From contig DAIMIJ010000002.1 of assembly GCA_036722835.1 (NCBI GenBank), positions 1-49,486 on the forward strand: a DNA stretch of 49,486 bases, read 5' to 3'. The position numbers and the translations under genes are program-made. Below are positions 32,094-40,642 of this stretch, in pieces. Each line of letters begins with the position of its first letter. The first letter of the stretch is position 1. Source of the stretch: Ignavibacteriaceae bacterium (GTDB lineage Bacteria > Bacteroidota > Ignavibacteria > Ignavibacteriales > Ignavibacteriaceae). The notes under the pieces are model-generated. The model had not been told where the DNA came from, searched no databases, and saw only the letters and a program-made list of their open reading frames with translations.

Positions 32094-32113
32094 ACGTATA
32101 GATATAATAGCAA

Positions 32114-32164
32114 ACAAATCCAGTTTCTTATATCGCCATACTTGCGTATAGAAACTGGGTTTGT
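32114..32164. terminator. Long hairpin between convergent trxB and a membrane-protein gene (bidirectional terminator candidate)
   Basis: ACAAATCCAGTTTCT (32114-32128) pairs with AGAAACTGGGTTTGT (32150-32164), 15 positions including one G-U, with a 21-nt loop. Confidence 0.6.
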
Positions 32165-32171
32165 AACGAAT

Positions 32172-32519
32172 TTAACTTTTTACATCGTACTTTCTTGCTA
32201 CCAATCCACTTGCTACAAATCCTAATCCTGTAAAAGTGAAAAGCAAAAGCGGGATCCAGTATTCCTTAGAAGTCGTATCTTTCATCATTATTCCTAATCC
32301 AAGACCCAAACCGAATGCGAAAATAATAATTCCATACTTTAACAATCTGTTAGGATCCTTTTTCGATTCAAAAAATTCTTTTATTGCTTCGGGACTTAGT
32401 CCTTTTTCAATTAATGTTTGCCTTTCCCTTGATTTGAAGTAAATCGCTGTTATTGCGATTAGTGCTCCAACAATAATTCCAATTATCGGAATAGATAAAG
32501 CCAGCATGCCTTCATTCAT
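32172..32519 (-). CDS. Small membrane protein with 3 predicted TM helices, candidate ECF-regulon member
   Basis: 115 aa with three hydrophobic segments. AAGGAG-type SD (reverse complement of 32527-32532). Two ECF-type promoter motifs lie upstream. Confidence 0.7.
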   Translation of the reverse strand: MNEGMLALSIPIIGIIVGALIAITAIYFKSRERQTLIEKGLSPEAIKEFFESKKDPNRLLKYGIIIFAFGLGLGLGIMMKDTTSKEYWIPLLLFTFTGLGFVASGLVARKYDVKS

Positions 32520-32546
32520 AATTTTCTCCTTTTATTTTTTAGTTCA

Positions 32547-32572
32547 GACTTTAAGTTGATTAAAAAGGTTAC
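32547..32572 (-). promoter_or_regulatory. ECF-type promoter candidate (proximal) for the small membrane protein
   Basis: Minus strand reads GTAACC (32572-32567), 16 nt, AGTC (32550-32547). Context: cggttGTAACCtttttaatcaacttaaAGTCtgaa. Confidence 0.55.
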
Positions 32573-32615
32573 AACCGATTTCTAAAATATTTATTTATTT
32601 CTTCCTTAACATTAT

Positions 32616-32641
32616 GACATGGTTTTGTATCGGAAGGTTAC
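32616..32641 (-). promoter_or_regulatory. ECF-type promoter candidate (distal) on the minus strand
   Basis: Minus strand reads GTAACC (32641-32636), 16 nt, TGTC (32619-32616). Context: cttGTAACCttccgatacaaaaccaTGTCataa. Confidence 0.45.
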
Positions 32642-32705
32642 AAGTAAAATTGCTTTTAGTTTTACTTGTCTCTATTTTTCAAAAAAGAATAATAGTCAGT
32701 GTTGT

Positions 32706-32731
32706 GTAACCTTTTTATCATTTATTTAGTC
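32706..32731 (+). promoter_or_regulatory. ECF-type (autoregulatory) promoter candidate for the sigma/anti-sigma operon
   Basis: GTAACC (32706-32711), 16 nt, AGTC (32728-32731), ending 10 nt before the sigma ATG at 32742. This implies a very short leader. Confidence 0.5.
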
Positions 32732-32741
32732 AAAGCTTTAA

Positions 32742-33308
32742 ATGAAAGATCTTACCGATTTAGAAATAATTGCATCGGTTAAACGAGGAAATCAAGCTGA
32801 TTACGCTATTATCATAGATAGGTATAAGAACAAAGCATTTTCTTTAATTAAGAGAATGTTAAAGAATGAAATGGAAGCTGAAGAAGTTCTTCAGGATTGT
32901 TTTCTTAAAGCTTACAATGCTCTTAGCAGCTTTAGACAAGAAGCAAAATTTTCAACATGGTTTTACAGAATTGTATATAACACAACATTAAGTAAAGTTT
33001 CTGCTAGAAAAAGAAAGATTGAGAATGAGATGTCATCCTTGGAAGATCATTTTAATCTTGAGAGTGATTATGATTTTCGTATGACTGAAAATTCGGATTT
33101 ATCTTCTTTTGTAAATATTATGTTAGAAAAGCTGCCCCCGAATTATTCATCGGTTTTAAATTTGTTTTATCTTAATGAAATGAGCTGTGAAGAGATTAGT
33201 GAAGTGATGAACATTTCTATTCCAAATGTTAAAGTAATGCTGCATCGTTCAAGGAATGCTTTGCGTGATTTATTTATTAAAAATGATTTAATCCGGGAAG
33301 TATCATGA
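32742..33308 (+). CDS. ECF-family RNA polymerase sigma factor
   Basis: Region 2 (FSTWFYRIVYNT) and region 4 HTH (EMSCEEISEVMNISIPNVKVMLHRSRNAL). Confidence 0.92.
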   Translation: MKDLTDLEIIASVKRGNQADYAIIIDRYKNKAFSLIKRMLKNEMEAEEVLQDCFLKAYNALSSFRQEAKFSTWFYRIVYNTTLSKVSARKRKIENEMSSLEDHFNLESDYDFRMTENSDLSSFVNIMLEKLPPNYSSVLNLFYLNEMSCEEISEVMNISIPNVKVMLHRSRNALRDLFIKNDLIREVS

Positions 33309-33832
33309 ATAAACTTAGTGACGACATTTTAAATAAGTACATTGACGGCGAATTAGATCATACCTCATTAAAATATGTTAATGAAGTTTTATCAAGTTCC
33401 ATCGAAGATAAAAAGCGGTTGCAAGCTTTATTAGCTGTTCATAGCGAACTTAAAAAGATTAAAGAAAATCAAGTTGCAGAGAGTTTTACAAATTTGGTTA
33501 TGAAAAAATTAAAAGTAAGGAACAAGGCATTTAAAGAGCAGCGTCATTTTATTTATGCAATCTCTTCCATTTTCGTTACAGTACTCTTAGTTATTATTGG
33601 CTTGATAATTTATTACGGTGTTAATCAATCCGGTGGAACGCAAACTTCCCAAACCTATACTCAAGTTATAATTTCTTTCTTTCGTTTAATTGCATCCGGT
33701 ATAGCTCAAATTTTCACACCTCGAGGAATATCTGTTTTTGGTTCTATAATTTCTCTCGGCATATTAATCTCGGGATATTTTTTCTTCGAAAATTTAAAAG
33801 CGTCGAAACAAAAAGTGCGTAAGTCACACTAA
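33305..33832 (+). CDS. Putative membrane anti-sigma factor
   Basis: ATGA overlap with the sigma gene. N-terminal LNKYIDGELDHTSLKYVNEVL is typical of anti-sigma N-domains. TM segments follow. Confidence 0.7.
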   Translation: MNKLSDDILNKYIDGELDHTSLKYVNEVLSSSIEDKKRLQALLAVHSELKKIKENQVAESFTNLVMKKLKVRNKAFKEQRHFIYAISSIFVTVLLVIIGLIIYYGVNQSGGTQTSQTYTQVIISFFRLIASGIAQIFTPRGISVFGSIISLGILISGYFFFENLKASKQKVRKSH

Positions 33833-33903
33833 CTCGAAGATTTCAACTATCTTTTGACTTAAAAGCACTTAAGTTTCTTTAAGCATTCCTGTATATTTAC
33901 AGT

Positions 33904-34812
33904 ATGGACTCATTTAAAGCTGGATATGTTGCAATTTTAGGATTACCGAATTCAGGTAAATCAACTCTAATAAATGCCTTGCTGGGACAAAAGCTTAATA
34001 TTGTTTCTGATAAACCCCAAACTACGCGAAGAAAAATTCTCGGAATCCTTACTGAAAAAGACCATCAGATTATTTTTGTAGATACCCCAGGACTTCTTAA
34101 ACCTAATTATTTGCTTCAGGAAAGAATGATGGAAGCGGTAGAGATTTCAGCAAAAGATGCAGACATTATTTTATTGATTCAGGATGTCAATGAGGATTTT
34201 AAGGGAGAGAAATTACTTCATCAAGAATTTGTGAATGAAGTCCTAATGAATCTTACCTCTCCCAAAATCTTATTACTGAATAAAATTGATCTATCCAGCC
34301 AAGAAGAAATTTTTCCATTGATTGAAAAACAGCAAAGTACAAATCTATTTGCCAAAGTGATACCAATTTCAGCTAAGCATAATTTCAATCTCACCGATGT
34401 AATTAATTCAGTTGTGGAGTTACTTCCTGAAAATCCAAAATTTTTCCCGGATGACGAATTAACGGATGAATCCGAGAGATTTTTTATTGCGGAAATTATC
34501 CGTGAAAAAATTTTAGAGCAGTATTCGGAAGAAGTCCCCTATAGCTGCGAAGTGCTTATTGCTGATTTTAAGGAAAGAGAAAGAGGCAAAGATTTTATCG
34601 AAGCTTATGTTGTGGTTGAAAAGGAAAGTCAAAAAGCTATTATCATTGGTAAAGAAGGTAAAGCAATTAAAAAGTTAGGTGAAGCTGCACGAAAATCTAT
34701 TGAGGAATTTCTTCAGCGGGAAGTATTTTTAGAATTAAGAGTAAAAGTAAAACCAAAATGGCGTAAAGATGAAAATATGTTAAACATCTTTGGTTACGGT
34801 AAGGAGAAATAA
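33904..34812 (+). CDS. era: GTPase Era
   Basis: GLPNSGKST (G1), DTPG (G3), NKID (G4), and a C-terminal KH domain (IIGKEGKAIKKLG). Confidence 0.95.
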   Translation: MDSFKAGYVAILGLPNSGKSTLINALLGQKLNIVSDKPQTTRRKILGILTEKDHQIIFVDTPGLLKPNYLLQERMMEAVEISAKDADIILLIQDVNEDFKGEKLLHQEFVNEVLMNLTSPKILLLNKIDLSSQEEIFPLIEKQQSTNLFAKVIPISAKHNFNLTDVINSVVELLPENPKFFPDDELTDESERFFIAEIIREKILEQYSEEVPYSCEVLIADFKERERGKDFIEAYVVVEKESQKAIIIGKEGKAIKKLGEAARKSIEEFLQREVFLELRVKVKPKWRKDENMLNIFGYGKEK

Positions 34813-34855
34813 TTTTTAATATCCTTCAAGACGGTTCCGTTCAAATCTATTTCTT

Positions 34856-35764
34856 ATGAAAAAACACATTGGTGAAGCTGCTCTTTTTTCAATCACAATT
34901 TTTTGGGGAGTCACATTTGCCATCATCAAGCTGGCACTGAATGACATTTCACCAATGCTCTTCATCGCAATTAGATTTTTGTTTGCTGCTTTGCTGCTAC
35001 TTCCATTTCTTCTAAAACCTTTATTACAATCTAACATTGATGTAATCAAAGCAGGAATATTTTTAGGTTTGTTATACTTCATTGGATTTGCAACTCAAAC
35101 AGTTGGGCTATATTACACAACAGCAACCAAGTCGGGATTTATTACAGGTACGTTTATAATTTTTATTCCAATACTTCAATTAATATTAGAAAGGAAAACG
35201 CCGGGTAAAGGAAATATAATTGGAATTGCATTGGTCATAATCGGCTTAATATTGCTTTCAAGTAAGGGAGTTACTGTATTAGATATTCTTTCCGAACTTG
35301 GGAGCAATTTTAATGTAGGCGATTTTCTTACCTTGATCTGCGCAATCTTTTATGCGCTTTATGTGGTTTATATTGATATTATAACAAGGAAATATGACTA
35401 CAAAGCTTTAATAATTCTTCAAGTACTCTTTACCGGATTAGCAGGCTTTATTTTTACAATTTTATTTGATGCTGCAAGAATCGAAAATCTAAGATATGAT
35501 TTTAATAAAACCGTAATTCTTGTAATTCTCTACACAGCAATTTTCTCTTCAATACTTGCAACTGTAATTCAGACTAAGTATCAAAAAACTGTTACACCAA
35601 CAAAAGCGGGAATTATTTTTTCTCTCGAGCCGATTTTTGCCGCGCTCTTTGCTTTTTTTATTATACAAGAAAAAATTTCAAGTTTTGGCATTATAGGTTG
35701 TATTTTTATATTTACGGGAGTTTTAGTCAGCGAATTGTTAGATAAGAATAAAAACTCATCATGA
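34856..35764 (+). CDS. EamA/DMT-family transporter
   Basis: About 10 hydrophobic helices arranged as two EamA-like halves. Confidence 0.85.
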   Translation: MKKHIGEAALFSITIFWGVTFAIIKLALNDISPMLFIAIRFLFAALLLLPFLLKPLLQSNIDVIKAGIFLGLLYFIGFATQTVGLYYTTATKSGFITGTFIIFIPILQLILERKTPGKGNIIGIALVIIGLILLSSKGVTVLDILSELGSNFNVGDFLTLICAIFYALYVVYIDIITRKYDYKALIILQVLFTGLAGFIFTILFDAARIENLRYDFNKTVILVILYTAIFSSILATVIQTKYQKTVTPTKAGIIFSLEPIFAALFAFFIIQEKISSFGIIGCIFIFTGVLVSELLDKNKNSS

Positions 35765-36045
35765 CATCAGATAAAGCAAGAGCCGAAATTTTTGTTAACG
35801 GATTAGTGCAAGGCGTTGGATTTAGATACTTTGTAGTCAAACATACATCACGATTAAAACTTAAGGGATATGTGGAAAATCTTTATACCGGAGAAGTTCA
35901 TACAGTTGTCGAGGGTGATAAAATAAATATTGAAGAACTTTTTAAGCTAATGAAACTCGGACCTTCTCATGCCCATGTTAAAAACGCAATAATAGATTGG
36001 TCGGAATGTAGAAATGAATTTGATTCTTTCGAGGTTAAATTTTGA
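35761..36045 (+). CDS. acyP: Acylphosphatase
   Basis: [13 protein letters not shown] motif. 94 aa. ATGA overlap with the upstream gene. Confidence 0.88.
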   Translation: MTSDKARAEIFVNGLVQGVGFRYFVVKHTSRLKLKGYVENLYTGEVHTVVEGDKINIEELFKLMKLGPSHAHVKNAIIDWSECRNEFDSFEVKF

Positions 36046-36530
36046 ATTGTCCATTTAAAATAGGAATTGGTTTCGACGTTCACGCATTTGCAGACAATCG
36101 TAAATTGATTATTGGCGGAGTAGATATTCCATTTGAAAAAGGATTAGCAGGACATTCCGACGCTGATGTTTTACTTCACGCAATTTGTGATGCACTTCTT
36201 GGCAGCATATCTGCTGGCGATATCGGGCAGCATTTTCCCGATACCGATCCGACATACAAAGATGCTGACAGTCTTACCTTGCTAAAGCGTGTTTATGAAT
36301 TAGTTCAACAGAAAGGATTTTCTGTAGGGAACATTGATTCAATAATAACAGCACAACAGCCCAAACTCGCCGTTTACATTCCACAAATGAAAAAAAATAT
36401 TTCTCAGGCACTTCACGCTGATATCGAAAATATTTCCATCAAAGCTACAACAACCGAAAAGCTTGGATTTGTTGGCAGGGAAGAGGGCTTATCTGCATTT
36501 GCCTCAGTATTAATTATTAAAAATAAATAA
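36042..36530 (+). CDS. ispF: 2-C-methyl-D-erythritol 2,4-cyclodiphosphate synthase
   Basis: [21 protein letters not shown] and [11 protein letters not shown] motifs. The TTG start overlaps the acyP TGA. Confidence 0.95.
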   Translation: MNCPFKIGIGFDVHAFADNRKLIIGGVDIPFEKGLAGHSDADVLLHAICDALLGSISAGDIGQHFPDTDPTYKDADSLTLLKRVYELVQQKGFSVGNIDSIITAQQPKLAVYIPQMKKNISQALHADIENISIKATTTEKLGFVGREEGLSAFASVLIIKNK

Positions 36531-36531
36531 A

Positions 36532-37146
36532 ATGTTTGAAGACATTTTAAACTCGTTAGCTGATTTCCCTCCAATTTGGATCTATACAAGTCTTTTCCTT
36601 TTTTCATTCATAGAAAATATTTTTCCCCCTTCGCCAAGTGATGTTGTAATAATTGTTGCCGGTACTTTAGTTAGCACCGGTGTAATAAGCTTTTTCCCGA
36701 CTTTATTAGTCACCTCAATCGGAAGTGTTTTGGGTTTTATGACTTTGTTCTTCATAGGTACACAGGTTGATAAAAAATTAATAGAGAAGGGCAAGTTTAA
36801 GTTCCTATCTACTGAAGCGCTCACTAAAGCTGAAAAGTGGTTTTCAAAATATGGTTATTGGGTCATTCTTGGGAACAGATTTTTATCCGGTACTCGAGCT
36901 GTGATTTCCTTTTTTGCAGGATTAAGTGAGTTAAATTTTAAAAAAACTTTTTTGTTAGCTTTAACTAGTTCATTTGTATGGAATCTGCTTATAATTTCAC
37001 TTGGATTTATTTTTGGAAATAATGTTGCTCTTGTTGATAAGCATCTAAAAACGTACAGCAACATTGTTCTTGCAATCACTATAATTGTAATAGTAATATT
37101 AATTTTAAGATATTTTCTGCAAAAAAGAAGAAAGCCAAAAGCTTGA
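36532..37146 (+). CDS. DedA/VTT-domain membrane protein
   Basis: FIENIFPPSPSD and GNRFLSGTRAVISFFAG motifs typical of the DedA family. Confidence 0.85.
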   Translation: MFEDILNSLADFPPIWIYTSLFLFSFIENIFPPSPSDVVIIVAGTLVSTGVISFFPTLLVTSIGSVLGFMTLFFIGTQVDKKLIEKGKFKFLSTEALTKAEKWFSKYGYWVILGNRFLSGTRAVISFFAGLSELNFKKTFLLALTSSFVWNLLIISLGFIFGNNVALVDKHLKTYSNIVLAITIIVIVILILRYFLQKRRKPKA

Positions 37147-38825
37147 AAGATTTTCTCTGGATAAAGCATGTACCGCTCACTGAAACAGAAAAGAAAAAGA
37201 GAAACAAAGAACGCTTATTACTTATTCTTAGCGGAATATTATTAGCAGCATCATTTCCACCAATTCCATTTCCAGCTCCTCTGCTCTTGTTTGTTGCATT
37301 AATTCCTTACCTAATAGTAATAGAGAAAAGGGAGAAGTTAATTGAAATAAATCGCGCAACTTATCTTATGGCTTTTATCTTTTGCCTGTTCACGTTGTAT
37401 TGGGTCGGAAGCTGGCAGAAAGAAGCGGATCCATTTCTTATGATTTCCGGAATTCTACTAGTCTTTGTTAATCCGGTATTTTTCTTAATTCCTTCTACAC
37501 TTCTGTACTTTTCAAGAAAAGTATTTCCGCAAAAATATTCTCTTTACTTACTGCCGGTATTTTACGTTGCCTATGAATTTACATATATGATAACCGATCT
37601 TAGTTTTCCATGGTTGTCACTTGGAAACGGTTTATCTCTTTTCACGTCATTCATTCAAATCGCTGACGTCATTGGAAGCTTAGGTTTGTCCTTGGTAATT
37701 GTATTGCTAAATGTGTTAATTTATAAAAGTGTGGCAGCTTATAAGATCAATAAGAAATTATTTTTTCTCAATTCATCTATAGCTTTCTTAATCTTTATCT
37801 TAATCTTAATCTATGGGATGCTGAAGCTGAATTCACCCCAGCACCCGAATACGAAAATAAAAGTTGGTTTAATACAACCCAATCTCGATCCGTGGGAAAA
37901 GTGGAAAGGACATGACTTAAATCAGCTTACCGAAATGTATCTTGATTTATCTGTTAAAGCAGTAAACGAGGGAGCCAGAATAATTATTTGGCCTGAGACA
38001 GCTTTACCCATTTATTTAAGAAGCGATATGTACAATGATATTATCGGAACAATTTATCATTTTTGCGATTCGAATCAGGTATATCTATTAACTGGGATGC
38101 CCGATATTAAATTTTATTTTAACGATAAGAATATTCCCAATGATGCAAAGTACAGCAGCGCGAATGATTATTACTATGCAACTTACAATTCAATATTGCT
38201 TTTCAGACCGAACAATCAATCGGTTGAATCATATGGTAAGATGAAGCTTGTTCCTTTTGGGGAAAGAGTACCATTTGTTGATGCTTTACCTTTTCTCGGT
38301 AAATTAATTAAGTGGGGAGTTGGTCTTTCAGGATGGAACGTAGGAAAAGATACAACTGTATTTTATCTGCCCATACAAAATATTCGTTCAGCGGTTAATA
38401 ATAATGACACGATTAAAATTGGCGGGATAGTTTGCTATGAATCTATTTATCCGACATTAGTTTCGGAATTTGTAAAACGCAAAGCTGATTTTATGGCTGT
38501 AGTAACGAATGACAGTTGGTACGGAAATTTAAGCGGTCCTTATCAGCACAAAGAATTTGCCGCATTAAGAGCAGTAGAAAATAGAAGAACGGTTGTTAGA
38601 GCAGCTAACGGCGGAATTAGCTGCATAATAAATCCATTGGGAAAAACAGTAGTTCAAACGCAGATGTTTACCAAAACTTACATCGTTGGGGATGTTGTGA
38701 TAGATGAATCGGAAACATTCTTTACCAATCATTCATTGTTAATTCCAATTTTATGTTCTGCATTTTCAATCTGGGTAATTGGAATCTTCTCTCTTATGAA
38801 ACTAAAAAAATCCCTAAAACTATAA
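37143..38825 (+). CDS. lnt: Apolipoprotein N-acyltransferase
   Basis: Multi-TM N-terminal half. CN-hydrolase half with IIWPETA, VCYESIYP and VVTNDSWYG. The TTG start overlaps the dedA TGA. Confidence 0.9.
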   Translation: MKDFLWIKHVPLTETEKKKRNKERLLLILSGILLAASFPPIPFPAPLLLFVALIPYLIVIEKREKLIEINRATYLMAFIFCLFTLYWVGSWQKEADPFLMISGILLVFVNPVFFLIPSTLLYFSRKVFPQKYSLYLLPVFYVAYEFTYMITDLSFPWLSLGNGLSLFTSFIQIADVIGSLGLSLVIVLLNVLIYKSVAAYKINKKLFFLNSSIAFLIFILILIYGMLKLNSPQHPNTKIKVGLIQPNLDPWEKWKGHDLNQLTEMYLDLSVKAVNEGARIIIWPETALPIYLRSDMYNDIIGTIYHFCDSNQVYLLTGMPDIKFYFNDKNIPNDAKYSSANDYYYATYNSILLFRPNNQSVESYGKMKLVPFGERVPFVDALPFLGKLIKWGVGLSGWNVGKDTTVFYLPIQNIRSAVNNNDTIKIGGIVCYESIYPTLVSEFVKRKADFMAVVTNDSWYGNLSGPYQHKEFAALRAVENRRTVVRAANGGISCIINPLGKTVVQTQMFTKTYIVGDVVIDESETFFTNHSLLIPILCSAFSIWVIGIFSLMKLKKSLKL

Positions 38826-38838
38826 TTTTGAGATTGAT

Positions 38839-39864
38839 ATGATTGATCTTCGCAGTGATACTGTCACAAAACCATCTGTTGAAATGAGAAAAGCAATGTA
38901 CGATGCCGAAGTTGGCGATGATGTTTTTAAAGAAGATCCTACTGTAAATAAACTTGAAGAATATGCTGCCGCACTTCTTGGAAAAGAAGCGGCATTATTT
39001 GTCTCAAGCGGTGTGATGGGTAATCAACTTTGCTTAAATGTCTTAACGCAGCCAGGAGATGAAGTTATCTGCGAAAAAGATTGTCACATTTTTAATTATG
39101 AATCCGGATCGCCGGCAAAGTTAAGCGGTATTCAGTTGCACCCGATTGAAGGAAGTAAAGGTGTCATTACAGCAGAACAAGTAGAACCACTCATTCGTCC
39201 CGAGAGTGCATATTATATGCCTCGCACCCGTGTTATTGAAATTGAAAATACACACAATCGTGCTGGTGGAACTATTATTCAAATAGATGTGATTAAAAAT
39301 TTAAAGTCACTTGCAGGTAAGTATAATTTATTTTTTCATCTTGATGGCGCAAGAATCTGGAATGCATCGGTTGCAACTGGAATTTTAGTAAAAGAATATG
39401 CTTCTTATTTTGACTCAGTTTCTTGCTGTCTGTCAAAAGGATTAGGCGCACCGGTTGGTTCGATTATCGCCGGTACAAAAGATTTTATTCGTGAAGCTTA
39501 TCGAGTTAGAAAATCGTGGGGCGGGGGAATGCGTCAAGTTGGAATTCTTGCTGCTGCCGGTTTGTATGCTTTGCAAAATAATTTTGAAAGATTAGTTGAA
39601 GATCACGAAAAAGCAAAATTTCTTGCTGATAGAATTTATGCTAATTCAAATCTTGAAATTGATATGAGTTCAGTACAGACAAATATTCTTCTCTTCAAAC
39701 CTTTAAAACTTACAGTTGATGAAGGCATAAAACTTTGCAAGGAAAAAGGGTTGCTGTTATCTGTTGGTAAGATAGATTTGATCCGTGCTATTACTCATCT
39801 TGATGTTTCAATGGATGAAATTAGAAAAGCTGCCATCATAATTGATGAAGTTTTTAATGATTAA
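38839..39864 (+). CDS. ltaE: Low-specificity L-threonine aldolase
   Basis: DLRSDTVTKP start and PLP lysine context CCLSKGLGAPVGS. Confidence 0.9.
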   Translation: MIDLRSDTVTKPSVEMRKAMYDAEVGDDVFKEDPTVNKLEEYAAALLGKEAALFVSSGVMGNQLCLNVLTQPGDEVICEKDCHIFNYESGSPAKLSGIQLHPIEGSKGVITAEQVEPLIRPESAYYMPRTRVIEIENTHNRAGGTIIQIDVIKNLKSLAGKYNLFFHLDGARIWNASVATGILVKEYASYFDSVSCCLSKGLGAPVGSIIAGTKDFIREAYRVRKSWGGGMRQVGILAAAGLYALQNNFERLVEDHEKAKFLADRIYANSNLEIDMSSVQTNILLFKPLKLTVDEGIKLCKEKGLLLSVGKIDLIRAITHLDVSMDEIRKAAIIIDEVFND

Positions 39865-39972
39865 TTGTTTAATTGCTATATTGTTTAATGGTTGAAGAGT
39901 TTTACAATTTGATTTCAATTTCATCTTCAACAATTTTGCAGTAAAACAATTTAATCAAATTGCGACAGGCAA

Positions 39973-40004
39973 TTTAACAGTTTAACAGTTTAACAATTTA
40001 ACAA
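39973..40004. repeat. Four tandem copies of the octamer TTTAACAR
   Basis: TTTAACAG (39973-39980), TTTAACAG (39981-39988), TTTAACAA (39989-39996), TTTAACAA (39997-40004). Located 37 nt upstream of the thioesterase ATG. Confidence 0.9.
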
Positions 40005-40040
40005 TTCGTCTTACTTGATTAAAACGATTTAAGTATTGAT

Positions 40041-40472
40041 ATGAATATCAAAAACTTCAAACACAAAACAAAAATTATAGTCAGATTTTCTGATCTCGAT
40101 GCAATGCAACATGTAAATAACGCCACTTATCTTACATATCTCGAGGAAGCTCGTATTGATTATTTTAATACTCTTTTCAATCGTAAAAAAAATAGAGTCG
40201 ATTTTGAAGCAGTCGTTGGACGAATTGAAATTGATTATCTTTTCCCAATCCAATTCGGTGATGAGATAGAAGTATTTACGCGTATTTCAAAAATGGGTAA
40301 TAAAAGTGTTGATGTGGAACACATCATCGCAATTAAAAAAGGAAGTGAGCTAATTAATGCATCCACTTCTCTTACCAGACTTGTTTATTATGATTATAAA
40401 AACCGTACGACAAAAGTTATTCCAGAGGAAGCAAAAGAAACGATCGCAATGTTCGAAGGGCTTGCAATATAA
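40041..40472 (+). CDS. Acyl-CoA thioesterase, hotdog fold (4HBT/YbgC-like)
   Basis: VRFSDLDAMQHVNNATYLTYLEEAR motif. 143 aa. Confidence 0.85.
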   Translation: MNIKNFKHKTKIIVRFSDLDAMQHVNNATYLTYLEEARIDYFNTLFNRKKNRVDFEAVVGRIEIDYLFPIQFGDEIEVFTRISKMGNKSVDVEHIIAIKKGSELINASTSLTRLVYYDYKNRTTKVIPEEAKETIAMFEGLAI

Positions 40473-40486
40473 TTGTGATGATTATA

Positions 40487-40503
40487 AATCCTCTATGAGG
40501 ATT
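40487..40503. repeat. Perfect 7-bp stem / 3-nt loop hairpin
   Basis: AATCCTC TAT GAGGATT. It has the same geometry as GAATGCC ATA GGCATTC at 47710-47726. Confidence 0.8.
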
Positions 40504-40563
40504 AGCGCCACTAATGTAAATGCGACTATTACAATAATATGACTTCTACAAAGTCAATTAAAA

Positions 40564-40642
40564 AAGAATGCCGAAGGCACTCAATATTTGCAACAAAATG
40601 AAAAGAGCGAGAAACTGAACCTCGTAGAAGATCAACAAAAGC
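40564..40642 (+). repeat. 79-nt intergenic repeat, copy A
   Basis: Ungapped alignment to 47708-47786 gives 52/79 identities. Two conserved cores, AAGAATGCCnnAGGCAyTCAAT and CCTCGTAGnnGATCAAyAAAA, sit at identical spacing. Confidence 0.75.

Noticed and set aside
34816-35082. 88-aa minus-strand ORF overlapping the start of the EamA transporter
   Set aside because: It is antisense to a hydrophobic transporter gene and would collide with the era/EamA spacer. There is no supporting signal.
39973-40004. Possible CRISPR or minisatellite interpretation of the tandem repeats
   Set aside because: The units are only 8 nt, directly abutting with no spacers, and there are no cas genes. It is a short tandem repeat, not a CRISPR array.
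40029-40542. ORFs 40029-40253 (minus) and 40357-40542 (plus) around the thioesterase gene
   Set aside because: Both overlap the well-supported hotdog thioesterase frame. The plus-strand ORF runs into the repeat and hairpin spacer and is probably a chance reading of it.
40473-40642. Calling the hairpin-repeat spacer a MITE or mobile element
   Set aside because: I could not identify terminal inverted repeats or target-site duplications, and there is no transposase in the window. Only two clear copies are visible, so I report it as a repeat of unknown nature.
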